From Dehalococcoidia bacterium (GTDB lineage: Bacteria; Chloroflexota; Dehalococcoidia; Lucifugimonadales; Australimonadaceae): a stretch of DNA of 64,000 nucleotides. Position numbers and translations under genes: made by a program. Shown one piece after another: positions 1 to 9,207 of the stretch. The stretch spans positions 1,346,636 to 1,410,635 of the forward strand of contig OZ241740.1 in NCBI GenBank assembly GCA_965200975.1, given 5' to 3'. How positions within the stretch are numbered: position 1 is the stretch's first letter; each line of letters starts with the position of its first letter. The notes beneath the pieces were generated by a model. The model was given only the letters and a program-made list of their open reading frames with translations, had not been told where the DNA came from and ran no database searches.

Positions 1-1049
1 CGGACGCCGGCAGCATTGTCGTTTACGGCGCCGGAGCTATCGGCGGGCAGATCGCCGTCCGGCTCGCGAACGCAGGACTCGACCTTGTCGTCGTCGAGCC
101 ATGGGCGCCGCAGCGGCAGGCTGTGCGGGCAGGGGGCTTGACCGTGCGCGACGAGCAGACGGGCGGAGAGGAGCGCGCCACGCTTCGGGTCGTCGCTCCC
201 GGCGAGCTGTCGGAGCCGGTGGCTATGCTCTTTCTGTGCGTGAAGTCGTACGACACGATGGAGGCGCTGGCGGACGTGAAGCCGCTGCTGAACGACGGCA
301 GCCTCGTTGTGTCGATGCAGAACAGCATCAATGAGGAGTGGATCGCGCCGGAGGTGGGCGCCGAGCGGGTGGTGGGAGGCGTCATCCTCGTGAACGGCTC
401 GTTTCTGGAGCCGGGGCGCGTGCAGGCGTCGTCGTCCGTGAGCAGAGCTACGGCGTCCGGGGCGCTGCCGGGCGTGTATGTGGGCGAGCACGAGGCGCCG
501 GCGGGCGAGAAGGCCGCCCGCGCGGCTGCGGCGCTGGCTCACGTATGGCCGAGCGCGGCTATCGACGATCTCGCGCACGAACGCTGGTCGAAGATGGTGA
601 ACAACACGATGCTCAATCCGGTGTCGGCCATAGGCGGCATGCGGTCCGCCGATCTCCTGGCGGACGCCGACGCGCGGAGGCTTGCGGTCAGGCTCGCCGC
701 CGAGACGATGAGGGTCGCAGAAGCCGAGGGGCATCCGCTTGCGGTGGTCATGGGCGAGTACGCCGCCGAGGACGTCTACGCAACGGCGGCAGGCGAGACG
801 GACACGGTAGAGCAGGCGCTGGCGGAGCGAGCGGGCCGGGTCAGCTCGCAGGCGATGACGTCGATGTATCAGGATGTCCAGCGCAAGCGCCGCACCGAGG
901 TCGATTACTTCAGCGGCCTCGTCGCGCAGAAGGGCGCGCTGCACGGCGTCGCCGCCCCGTACTGCGAAAGAGTCACCGAGCTTGTCCACAGAGTGGAGTC
1001 CGGCGCTCTCACGCCGGGCCCGGCCGCTCTCCGCGAAGCGCTGTCGTAG
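1..1049 (+). CDS. 2-dehydropantoate 2-reductase family (ApbA/PanE-like) oxidoreductase, 5' end at or just beyond the window edge
   Basis: Frame 3 is open from nt 3 (..VVYGAGAIGGQIAVRLANAG, Rossmann GxGxxG) and runs in frame into the 123..1049 ORF. The C-terminal part (..SMYQDVQRKRRTEVDYFSG..) resembles the ApbA_C domain. Confidence 0.7.
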   Translation, partial: DAGSIVVYGAGAIGGQIAVRLANAGLDLVVVEPWAPQRQAVRAGGLTVRDEQTGGEERATLRVVAPGELSEPVAMLFLCVKSYDTMEALADVKPLLNDGSLVVSMQNSINEEWIAPEVGAERVVGGVILVNGSFLEPGRVQASSSVSRATASGALPGVYVGEHEAPAGEKAARAAAALAHVWPSAAIDDLAHERWSKMVNNTMLNPVSAIGGMRSADLLADADARRLAVRLAAETMRVAEAEGHPLAVVMGEYAAEDVYATAAGETDTVEQALAERAGRVSSQAMTSMYQDVQRKRRTEVDYFSGLVAQKGALHGVAAPYCERVTELVHRVESGALTPGPAALREALS

Positions 1050-1281
1050 CCATTCCTGGGGGGACGGCAGCGGCGGATAAGCGGGGCGTCAGCGCGCGCT
1101 GACGGAGAGGGTGCGCTCCCCAGGTCCCCTGGAGCTTGGGAGAGGGCGCGCTGCTCCGACGGACTTGGGATGGGAGGGTTGGGGAGGGCGCCGCGCCGTG
1201 GTAAAGTTGACATGCGCTCCCAGCCTGCATTAGATAACGCGGCCCGCGGGGGATCCCGCGCTCGCCTTTCGGGAGGTTCCT

Positions 1282-2331
1282 TTGAAATACCGCGAGATGG
1301 GATCGACCGGCATACGCGTGTCCGAGATAGGTTTCGGATCGGGCGACAACGCTGGTCTGCTGGTGAAAGGCGAGCCCGCCGAGCAGTTGCGCGCGATTGA
1401 GCGCGCTCTCGAGCTGGGCGTCAACTACTTCGACACATCGCCCGACTACGGCAAAGGCCTCGCCGAAACCAACATCGGCAAGGCTATGCGCGAAATAGGC
1501 TTTCGCCCCGTGCTCACAACCAAAGTCGAGATCATGCCCGACGAGCTCGACCACATCGCCGACGCCGTCGTCGAGTCCGTCGAAGACTCGCTGCGTCGTC
1601 TGCAGGTCGACCACGTCGACGTCGTGCAGATACACAACCCTCCGAGCATCGAGACGGACACTACGGTTCCCGGATGGCTGCACCTTGGGCTGGACGACTA
1701 CCTGGGGGCCGGCGGGGCAATGGAAGGGCTCGAACGCCTTCGCCGCGCCGGGAAGACGCGCTGCTTCGGCTTCGCCAACGAGGACGCCGACGCCGACGCC
1801 CTTCTCGAACTGCTGGAGACCCGGGAGTTCCACATGCTCAACGTGTGGTACGACTTGCTGAACCCGACCGCCGGACTGCCCACGCCTGACGGGCTCGACG
1901 TGCAGCACGACTACGGGCAGTTCCTGGAGCGGGCGCGCGAGCTTGGCGTCGGCGCAGCTGTCATTCGCCCTCTCGCGGGAGGCGTCCTGACCGACCATGC
2001 GGTGGGCGGGGGAGGCAGGCATCCGCTTGCGGGCGGCGGGCTTACGCGCAACGCGGATATGTACGAGGCAATGGTGCGGCGCGCGAAGCCGTTTGCGTTC
2101 CTCTCGCGTCCTGGGCAGACGCTGTCGCAGGCTGCCTACCGGTTCATCCTTCAGGACGAGAGCGTGACGACGGTGCTTGGCGGGTTCTCCGAGATGGAGC
2201 ATCTGGAGGAGGCGGCCGGCTGCTCCGGCGCAGCGCCGCTGAGCGAGGAGGATATGGCGCGGCTCCATATGGCGTGGCGTTCGAACGTGGGCCGCTGGGA
2301 CGAGGAAGAGCAGTTTATCTCGGGCCTCTAG
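1282..2331 (+). CDS. aldo/keto reductase
   Basis: TTG start 6 nt after GGGAGG (1271-1276). N-terminus ..GSTGIRVSEIGFGSG..LGVNYFDTSPDYGKG.. is typical of the AKR family. Confidence 0.8.
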   Translation: MKYREMGSTGIRVSEIGFGSGDNAGLLVKGEPAEQLRAIERALELGVNYFDTSPDYGKGLAETNIGKAMREIGFRPVLTTKVEIMPDELDHIADAVVESVEDSLRRLQVDHVDVVQIHNPPSIETDTTVPGWLHLGLDDYLGAGGAMEGLERLRRAGKTRCFGFANEDADADALLELLETREFHMLNVWYDLLNPTAGLPTPDGLDVQHDYGQFLERARELGVGAAVIRPLAGGVLTDHAVGGGGRHPLAGGGLTRNADMYEAMVRRAKPFAFLSRPGQTLSQAAYRFILQDESVTTVLGGFSEMEHLEEAAGCSGAAPLSEEDMARLHMAWRSNVGRWDEEEQFISGL

Positions 2332-2362
2332 GCCCGCATTCAGCCGAGGAGGCAGTAGTTCA

Positions 2363-3355
2363 ATGGACATTCAGCTCAGCATTGGCATGGCGTCGAACCC
2401 GAGGACCTGGCCTATCCACGACGGCCGCGTGAAGCCGGACGGCATTCAGCTCGTATGCAGCCCTGTGCATCCATCGGAGCTTTTCTGGCGCCAGCTCAAG
2501 TTCGGCGACTTCGACGTTTCGGAGATGTCGTTCTCCTCGCTCATCATGGCGATGGCCGTGGGCGACGACAGGTGGGTTGGCCTGCCGGTCTTCACTACGC
2601 GGCGCTTCTTCCACACCGGCGTGCTCATTCGCAAGGACTCCGGCATTCAGAGCCCGGCTGACCTGAAGGGCAAGCGGGTGGGAGTGCCCGAGTACCAGCA
2701 GACGGCAGCGCTGTGGACGCGCGGCGTCTTGCAGCACGAGTTCGGCGTCGAGCCCAAGGATATGGAGTTCTTCATGGAGCGCGTGCCGGAGCAGAGCCAC
2801 GGCGGCGCCACAGGTTTCAAGCCTCCCGAGGGCGTCATCGTCAACCAGATTCCCCTCGAGAAGAACATCGGCGAGATGATGCTCTCGGGCGAGCTCGACG
2901 CTACGCTCCTGTACATCGTCGACCCGAACCTCATCGACCGCAGCACAGCCAATCTCTGGAGTCACCCGGACATCGCCCCTCTCTTCCCTGACGCTCGCGC
3001 GGAGGGCGTTCGCTTCTACCAGAAGACCGGCCTCTACCCCATCAACCACGGCATGGTCGTCAAGCGCGAGATCGTTGAAAAGCATCCGTGGGTGCTTCTC
3101 AACCTGATGAAGGCGTTCAACCGAGCCAACGACATCGCCAACCGCGAGCGCGCCGAGCACGTCGACTACTACGTCGAGACTGGGCTGGTCTCAGCCGATG
3201 GAGGCGCGGGGCTCAAGCAGCCGCTCGTTCAGCACGGCGTTCGCGCGAATCGGCTGGTGCTTGAGACCGCGGCGCAGTACTCGTATGAGCAGGGCCTCAC
3301 GCCCAAGCTCGCTCAATTGGAGGACGTGTTCGCCAAGAACACACTCGACCAGTAA
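2363..3355 (+). CDS. 4,5-dihydroxyphthalate decarboxylase-like / NMT1-type periplasmic-binding-fold protein
   Basis: 330 aa. ..DGRVKPDGIQL.., GKRVGVPEYQQTAALWTRGVLQHEFGV, YQKTGLYPINHGMVV..HPWV.. match my recollection of the PhtD-like decarboxylase family. Not verified by search. Confidence 0.5.
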   Translation: MDIQLSIGMASNPRTWPIHDGRVKPDGIQLVCSPVHPSELFWRQLKFGDFDVSEMSFSSLIMAMAVGDDRWVGLPVFTTRRFFHTGVLIRKDSGIQSPADLKGKRVGVPEYQQTAALWTRGVLQHEFGVEPKDMEFFMERVPEQSHGGATGFKPPEGVIVNQIPLEKNIGEMMLSGELDATLLYIVDPNLIDRSTANLWSHPDIAPLFPDARAEGVRFYQKTGLYPINHGMVVKREIVEKHPWVLLNLMKAFNRANDIANRERAEHVDYYVETGLVSADGGAGLKQPLVQHGVRANRLVLETAAQYSYEQGLTPKLAQLEDVFAKNTLDQ

Positions 3356-3410
3356 CCGGCGCAGAGCGATCAGACATTGCGGAGAAGCGCTATTCGGATG
3401 CGAGACCAAA

Positions 3411-3439
3411 CCGCGGCGCGCGATGTGCACGCGCCGCGG
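3411..3439 (+). terminator. GC hairpin after the PhtD-like gene (10-bp perfect stem CCGCGGCGCG/CGCGCCGCGG, 9-nt loop), no U tract
   Basis: Inverted repeat read directly from the sequence, 56 nt after the stop at 3355. Confidence 0.3.
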
Positions 3440-3505
3440 TGAGCGCTCTCCCGATGCGCGCGTACTCCGTGATGAGACACTCGAACCAGAGCGAACACGC
3501 AGGGC

Positions 3506-5722
3506 ATGGACATTCTACAGTCCGTAATTGACGGATACTCCGCAATGTTCAGCGCGGGGGGCGAGGCCATCGGCGAAATGGCCGCGTGGCAGCCCCTGCT
3601 TGCGCTGCTCGTCGGCGTCACTGTCGGCGTGCTCAACGGCGCAATGCCGGGCGGAGCGGTGCCGAGCCTGATCGTGCTCCTGGGTTTCGCGTACGGACTG
3701 GACCCGTACATTGCGTTGCCGCTGGCCGTCGGCATGGTGGCGACGGTGCCGACGGGCGACACGCTGCCTGCGGTGCTTCTGGGAATGCCGGGATCGACGT
3801 CGGGCCAGGCGACGATACTGGACGGGAACCCGCTGGCGCGCCGGGGCAGAGCCGGCGTAGCGCTGTCGGCGGCGTACTTCTCCTCGTTGCTCGGTGGAAT
3901 CATCGGCGCGGTGTTCCTCTTCCTCACGATTCCGGTGGCGCGCCCGGTGGTGAACACGTTCAGCGCCGCGGAGTTCTTCGTGCTGGGGCTGGTAGCGATA
4001 GCGGTCGTCGGAGTCGTGAGCAGCGGAGCGCTGCTGCGGGGGCTGATGGCGGGCGCGTTCGGGCTGCTGATTGCGAGCGTGGGCTACGACGACGCTACGG
4101 GAGCGCACCGGCTTACGTTCGGGCAGGACTACCTGTGGGACGGGATCCACGTGATCCCGGTCGTCATCGGACTGTTCGCGCTGCCGGAGTTCTTCGATAT
4201 GGTCGTGAGCGACGTTTCGATAGCGCGCCACGCGGGAGCGGCGCAGGCCGACGCGTCCGCGCAACGCCGCGAGGGTATGGGCGCGGTGCTGCGGAACTGG
4301 CTGCTCGTCATACGTTCGGCGGCGATGGGTGTATTTGTCGGACTGCTGCCTGGAATCGGCGGTTCGCTGGCCCAGTGGCTGTCGTATGCGTCGGCGCGGC
4401 AGACGGTGCGCGGCGGAACGGAGACGTTCGGCACGGGAGACATCCGCGGGGTTATCGCGCCGGAGTCGGCGAACAATGCGGTGGACGGCGGGCAGCTTGT
4501 GCCGACGCTGTTCTTCGGCGTTCCCGGATCAGTGGGGATGGCGCTCTTCCTCGGGCTGCTGATCATCCTGGACGTTCGCCCAGGCCCGGACATGCTGAAC
4601 AATCAGCTTCCGCTGACGATGACGATAGCGTTCTCGCTGGTGATGGCGAACGTGCTGGCGACGGGTCTTGCGCTGGGGTTCACCCCGTTGCTCACGCGGA
4701 TAGCGTTCGTGCGCCCGAACGTGCTGGTGCCGATTATTCTGGCGGTGATGACGATAGCGGCGTTCCAGGCGAACCGGGCGATTCACGACCTGCTCGTGAT
4801 GCTCGCGTTCGGGGCGCTGGGTTACTTCATGAAGTCGCACGGGTGGCCGCGCCCTCCGATCATCATTGCGGTGATTCTCGGGGGCATCATCGAGAGGTTC
4901 TACGGCATATCGAGCGGGGCGTTCGAGTGGGTGAACTTCAGCGATCCGATGGACGGCGTCTTTACGCGCCCGGCAGTGCTGCTCATCATTGCAGTTGCGG
5001 TGGGAACGGCGGCGTACACGGTGCGGATGCAGCGGAGCGTCAACCGGACAATGATGAGGCAGGAAGCGGAGTTCGCGGCGCGCGCGGAGCAGGGAGCGCC
5101 GCCTCCGCCTGCAGGCGGCAGCGGGGAGAGTCCTGCCGCCGGGGCGGCGCCTGCAGCGGAGCCGCGCCGGCGTCCGCCGCTTCGGGAGCTGTTGCGTCCT
5201 ACTCCGAGCGGAGTATTCATTGCGCTGCTGGCAGTCGCGTTTGCGTTTACGCTCCAACAGTCGTTCGGGTGGACAGGCGAGGCGGCGCGTCTGCCAAGGG
5301 TCATCACCGTCGTCGGGCTGGCGCTCGTCGCCGCATACGCGGCGGTCCACATTCTCTTCCCGTCATCGTCTGCGAGCCGCATTATGGACATTGGCAGGAC
5401 GCAGACGGACGCCGAACGGGCGGTGGTGCTGCAGCGCACAGTCAAGGCGATAGGCTCGACATTCGCTCTGGTAGGGGCGATCTGGCTGATAGGGTTCCAG
5501 ATAGCGATCCCGGTCTACGTGTTCCTCTATCTGCTCATCTTTGGGCGCGTCCGGTTGTGGGCGGCGCTGCTGTGGCTCGCGCTGTTCCTGGCGCTTATCT
5601 ACGGGTTCTTCGACCTTGTGATTCACATCCCGTGGATCGACCCCGTGCTGGGAGACTTCCTGCCCGATATTCTGAAAGGCAGGGAGACGATTACAGGGTT
5701 CTGGCGAGGCCTCGTTGGCTGA
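3506..5722 (+). CDS. tctA: tripartite tricarboxylate transporter permease, TctA fused to a C-terminal TctB-like 4-TM module
   Basis: TctA-like motifs (LNGAMPGG, LLGMPGSTSGQATILDG, GLLPGIGGSLAQWLSYA, PESANNAVDGGQLVPTLFFGVPGS). A Pro/Ala-rich linker around aa 510-550 is followed by four more hydrophobic helices. Confidence 0.8.
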   Translation: MDILQSVIDGYSAMFSAGGEAIGEMAAWQPLLALLVGVTVGVLNGAMPGGAVPSLIVLLGFAYGLDPYIALPLAVGMVATVPTGDTLPAVLLGMPGSTSGQATILDGNPLARRGRAGVALSAAYFSSLLGGIIGAVFLFLTIPVARPVVNTFSAAEFFVLGLVAIAVVGVVSSGALLRGLMAGAFGLLIASVGYDDATGAHRLTFGQDYLWDGIHVIPVVIGLFALPEFFDMVVSDVSIARHAGAAQADASAQRREGMGAVLRNWLLVIRSAAMGVFVGLLPGIGGSLAQWLSYASARQTVRGGTETFGTGDIRGVIAPESANNAVDGGQLVPTLFFGVPGSVGMALFLGLLIILDVRPGPDMLNNQLPLTMTIAFSLVMANVLATGLALGFTPLLTRIAFVRPNVLVPIILAVMTIAAFQANRAIHDLLVMLAFGALGYFMKSHGWPRPPIIIAVILGGIIERFYGISSGAFEWVNFSDPMDGVFTRPAVLLIIAVAVGTAAYTVRMQRSVNRTMMRQEAEFAARAEQGAPPPPAGGSGESPAAGAAPAAEPRRRPPLRELLRPTPSGVFIALLAVAFAFTLQQSFGWTGEAARLPRVITVVGLALVAAYAAVHILFPSSSASRIMDIGRTQTDAERAVVLQRTVKAIGSTFALVGAIWLIGFQIAIPVYVFLYLLIFGRVRLWAALLWLALFLALIYGFFDLVIHIPWIDPVLGDFLPDILKGRETITGFWRGLVG

Positions 5723-5962
5723 TCGCAGCCGCGCCTGCGCCCGTGGCGCGTTGACGGGCGGGCGCGCGATAGCGCTCGCTTCCGCACTCGCCTTGCAGAA
5801 CCGGGAGATGGCGCGCCTCCCCGGGACTCCTCATGCGCGCCGGACGCTACCCTTGTGCAGCCGCGTTTACGACGGCGCTGCATCGTGTTAGCATCTACGC
5901 CACCTTTCGACGCATCCGCTTAACGCGACATTGACGCAACATTTCTCACGACGGGAGGACTG

Positions 5963-7252
5963 ATGAGCATCTGCTTGTCCGGACGACAGAAAACCCTGGG
6001 TTTAGTTGCAGCGCTTGCGTCGCTTGCGCTGCTGATTAGCGCCTGTGGCGGCGACGACCCGACGCCCACGCCAGCGCCGGTAAGCAACCCCACTCCGACT
6101 CCGACCGCAATGATGGAGCCGGAGCCGGCTGCGCCTACCGCAACGCCTACGCCGCTGCCGCCCGGCGTAACTCCTCCGCCTCCGACGGCTACGCCGACTC
6201 CGGAGCCAGCGCCGGAGCCGACCGCTACGCCGACCCCCATTCCGGAAGACCAGCAGGTGGACTTTAGCGGCAAGACGGTGCAGATAACGGTCGGGTACGC
6301 GCCAGGCGGAGGGTTCGACACGTTCTCCCGCATCTTCGCGGCGCACCTTTCGGATGCGCTGGAAGGCAACCCGAACGTTTTCGTAAGCAACAAGCCCGGA
6401 GCCAACACCCTCGTGGCCGTCCGGTCGGTCACGGAGAAGGACTACCGCGAGAACCAGGTCGACATCGTGGTGGTTATCTCGACGCTGGTGCAGCAGTCGA
6501 TCCTCTCCGGCGTCGAGGGCTTCGACGCGGCGACCGACCTGCAGTACCTTGGCGCGCCGGACTTCACGCCGAGCGACCAGACGTGGTGCATTCGCACCGA
6601 CCTGCTCTCCGACCCGAGCAATGCGCTCGATGAGTACTTCGCAGGCAACTTCACGATCGGCCAGATCGGCCGCGTCGACACCTACGCCACTTCAACGGAG
6701 TGGGCGGTGCAGGTCGGCTTCCCGTTCGAGCGCGTCTTCGGGTACACCGGCACGTCCGATATGAACGCTGCGTTCAACCGGGGCGAGATCGAAATCACTC
6801 CGACTTGCCGCGACTCGGAAGTGCGGAACAACCCCGAGTGGGTTGATGAGAGCTATGCGACCCCGCTCTTCTACACTATTCAGGAGCCTGCATGGATCGC
6901 CGCCGGCAAGGCGGAAGGCAAGTGGCCGTGGGCCAACACCCTCGCGAACATTGCCGGCGACCGCCTGGGCGCCGACCAGGCGTACCTGGACGCATTCCAG
7001 GCGCTGATGGACCTTGCAGCGTCCAGCCGCATCTTCGGTATGCCGTCCCAGACGCCGGACAACATCGTGGCTTCTGTCCGCGCGGCGTTCGAGGAGGTCG
7101 TTTCCAGCGACGCGTTCGTGGCCGACATGAACGCACGGAACTACGACGTGGGACTGCGCACGGGCGACCAGTACCAGGCGCAGGTCGACGGGCTCGCCGC
7201 TCTTCCCGAAGAGACGCTGAGTATTATTCGCGGCCTCTTCCCCGAGGAGTAA
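5963..7252 (+). CDS. tctC: TctC/Bug-family tricarboxylate-binding lipoprotein with long Pro/Thr linker
   Basis: Signal peptide plus lipobox LISAC, then a ~70-aa PT-rich linker. VQITVGYAPGGGFDTFSRIFA..NKPGANTLVA matches the Bug/TctC family. GGAGG lies before the ATG. Confidence 0.75.
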   Translation: MSICLSGRQKTLGLVAALASLALLISACGGDDPTPTPAPVSNPTPTPTAMMEPEPAAPTATPTPLPPGVTPPPPTATPTPEPAPEPTATPTPIPEDQQVDFSGKTVQITVGYAPGGGFDTFSRIFAAHLSDALEGNPNVFVSNKPGANTLVAVRSVTEKDYRENQVDIVVVISTLVQQSILSGVEGFDAATDLQYLGAPDFTPSDQTWCIRTDLLSDPSNALDEYFAGNFTIGQIGRVDTYATSTEWAVQVGFPFERVFGYTGTSDMNAAFNRGEIEITPTCRDSEVRNNPEWVDESYATPLFYTIQEPAWIAAGKAEGKWPWANTLANIAGDRLGADQAYLDAFQALMDLAASSRIFGMPSQTPDNIVASVRAAFEEVVSSDAFVADMNARNYDVGLRTGDQYQAQVDGLAALPEETLSIIRGLFPEE

Positions 7253-7274
7253 GCGGAGCAAGCATGCTGATCGC

Positions 7275-7303
7275 GAAGGGGCGCCCGCAGAGGGCGCCCC
7301 TTC
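7275..7303 (+). terminator. hairpin after tctC (12-bp perfect stem GAAGGGGCGCCC/GGGCGCCCCTTC, 5-nt loop) followed by TGTT
   Basis: Read directly from the sequence, 23 nt after the tctC stop. Confidence 0.5.
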
Positions 7304-7362
7304 TGTTAGCGCCTCCGCGGCCATACACTGAAGCCGGCATTCCCCGGCACTGGAGGCTGCGC

Positions 7363-8070
7363 GTGGACTTCACAGGCAAGACAGTGATTGTTACCGGCGG
7401 GAGCGGCGCCATCGGCAGCGTCGTAGCGCGGCGGTTCGTCGAGGCCGGAGCGTTCGTGGTTGTGGCCGATCTCGCGCCGCTGCGCGACGAGGACGCGGCG
7501 GCTCTCGGCGACCGGCGCGACAGGCTTTTGCATCACGAGACCAACGTGCTCGACGAGGCGTCGGTGCAGAGCCTGTTCGAGGCGGCGTCGGCCCACGGCG
7601 GTCCTCACGTTCTCGCCAACGTCGCGGGCGGTTTTCGCTTTGGCCCCGCCGTCGAAGAGATGGAAGAATCGGACTGGGACAGCCTTCTGCAGCTGAATCT
7701 CAAGTCAGCGTTCCTCACGATCAAAACGGCGCTGCCGTATATGAAGCGGCAGGACTACGGGCGCATCGTGAGCGTCGCCGCCCGCAGCGGGCTCAAGGGC
7801 GACCGGATGGTGGCGCACTACTCGGTGAGCAAGGGCGGGGTTATCCTCCTCTCACAAGCAGTAGCCGATGAGGCGCACGACTACGACATTACCGTGAACG
7901 CCGTGTTGCCCAGCATTGTGGACACGCCGGCGAACAGGGCGGCGATGTCCGACGCCAACGCGTCGCGCTGGGTGCGGCCCGACGACCTGGCGAGCGTCAT
8001 CCTGTTTCTTGCATCCGAAGAGGCGAGGGCAGTGTCCGGTGCCGCTCTTCCGGTATATTACAAGACGTAG
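7363..8070 (+). CDS. short-chain dehydrogenase/reductase (SDR)
   Basis: GTG 7363 lies 6 nt after GGAGG (7352-7356). TGGSGAIGS Rossmann motif and YSVSK (YxxxK). The longer 6892 ORF overlaps tctC and the hairpin, so it was rejected as the start. Confidence 0.8.
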   Translation: MDFTGKTVIVTGGSGAIGSVVARRFVEAGAFVVVADLAPLRDEDAAALGDRRDRLLHHETNVLDEASVQSLFEAASAHGGPHVLANVAGGFRFGPAVEEMEESDWDSLLQLNLKSAFLTIKTALPYMKRQDYGRIVSVAARSGLKGDRMVAHYSVSKGGVILLSQAVADEAHDYDITVNAVLPSIVDTPANRAAMSDANASRWVRPDDLASVILFLASEEARAVSGAALPVYYKT

Positions 8071-8089
8071 CAGAAGGGGAGGGCGAGCC

Positions 8090-8767
8090 ATGCCGGAGCT
8101 GGAGGCGACCTTCAAGGCGCTGGAAGAGCACAGGAGTTCCATCGGAGGCGAGCTGCGCCCTGTAAACGACTGGCTTTCGCTCCGAATGCGGCGCTCCATT
8201 AGCTGGGGCCTGCGAGGCGACGCCGCGCTTGCCGACGACGATCCCGACGCGGCCTTCGTCTTCTACTGGATAGCCTTCAACGCAGTCTACGGGGAAGAGC
8301 GCGAGGAGCAGACAGAAGAGCGGGAGCGGGAGCGGATAAACCGCTACCTGCAGAGAATCGTTGCGCTCGACCGAGAGGGCACGATACACGACGCGCTCTG
8401 GAAGAAGTACTCCGGCCCCGTGCGGATACTTCTCGAGAACCAGTACGTCTTTGGGCCGTTCTGGAAGCACCGCAACGGCGCGCCAGGCTACGACGACTGG
8501 CAGCGGTGGTTCGAGAAGGATCAGGCGCGGTCGTTGCAGGCGTTGAGAGACGAGGAGACGCTAACTTTGCTGACCATTCTTTTCGACCGCCTCTATGTGC
8601 TGCGGAACCAGCTTGTCCACGGGGGCGCAACATGGGGCGGCAGCGTCAACCGCTCACAGGTGCGGGACGGCGCCGCTATCATCGCCTTTCTCGCCCCGCG
8701 GTTCATCGAGCTGATGCTCGACGCTCCCGGCGAGGACTGGGGCCCCGCCTACTACCCGGTGATCTGA
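8090..8767 (+). CDS. hypothetical all-alpha protein with HEPN-like Rx4H motif (LRNQLVHGG)
   Basis: ATG 8090 follows AGGGGAGGG. 225 aa, helix-rich, with RNQLVH near the C-terminus (HEPN Rx4-6H with polar residue after R). Lies immediately upstream of a RidA gene. Confidence 0.45.
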   Translation: MPELEATFKALEEHRSSIGGELRPVNDWLSLRMRRSISWGLRGDAALADDDPDAAFVFYWIAFNAVYGEEREEQTEERERERINRYLQRIVALDREGTIHDALWKKYSGPVRILLENQYVFGPFWKHRNGAPGYDDWQRWFEKDQARSLQALRDEETLTLLTILFDRLYVLRNQLVHGGATWGGSVNRSQVRDGAAIIAFLAPRFIELMLDAPGEDWGPAYYPVI

Positions 8768-8811
8768 GGAATGAAGCGCGCCATTGGCGCCATTGCGCAG
8801 GAGGACACTCG

Positions 8812-9207
8812 ATGCCCGACATCCAACGCACGAATCCCGACGGCCTGGCGCCTCCCCCCGGCGGACGCTACGCCCACGTCGTCAACTCCGGCAACCTGGT
8901 GTGGATCGCGGGTCAGACGGCTCGACGGGCTGACGGGAGCGTCGCCGGCAAGGGCGACACGCTCGCGCAGGCGCGTCAGGTGAACGACAACCTCAAGACT
9001 GCGATCGAGTCGGTTGGAGGGCGCCTCTCCGACATCGTGAAAGTCACGATATTCCTCACGCCCCAGGCGGACGTCGAGGCGGCGCGCCAGGCCCAGAATG
9101 AGTATCGCGACGAGCATGAGCCGCCGGCCAGTTCGATGGTGTTCGTCCAGGCGCTTGCGCACCCGGACTTCCTCATCGAGGTCGAGGCTTTCGCCGTCGT
9201 CGATTAG
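8812..9207 (+). CDS. ridA: RidA/YjgF/L-PSP family protein (enamine/imine deaminase family)
   Basis: ATG 8812 follows AGGAGGA. 131 aa with ..YAHVVNSGNLVWIAGQ..VTIFL..IEVEAFAV. typical of the RidA fold. Confidence 0.75.
   Translation: MPDIQRTNPDGLAPPPGGRYAHVVNSGNLVWIAGQTARRADGSVAGKGDTLAQARQVNDNLKTAIESVGGRLSDIVKVTIFLTPQADVEAARQAQNEYRDEHEPPASSMVFVQALAHPDFLIEVEAFAVVD

Noticed and set aside
1009-2370. Long ORFs antisense to or overlapping well-supported genes. Examples: 1009-2370 (-), 3586-5754 (+), 12694-region shadows, 13372-14823 (+), 23693-25213 (-), 33295-35166 (-), 41883-43382 (-), 54963-56576 (+), 59955-60965 (-).
   Set aside because: These are typical high-GC shadow ORFs with Arg/Gly/Ala/Pro-rich low-complexity translations and no recognisable motifs or SD. 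Each overlaps a gene with clear family signatures on the other strand or frame.
6892-8070. N-terminally extended versions of several ORFs in the track: 6892, 7916, 8506, 10072, 20594, 23378, 27150, 28252, 38537, 48651, 50101, 53546, 57143, 59928, 61096, 61716.
   Set aside because: The extensions overlap the preceding gene, a hairpin or the tRNA, and are low-complexity. Internal starts with good SD sequences align with the conserved N-termini of the families.
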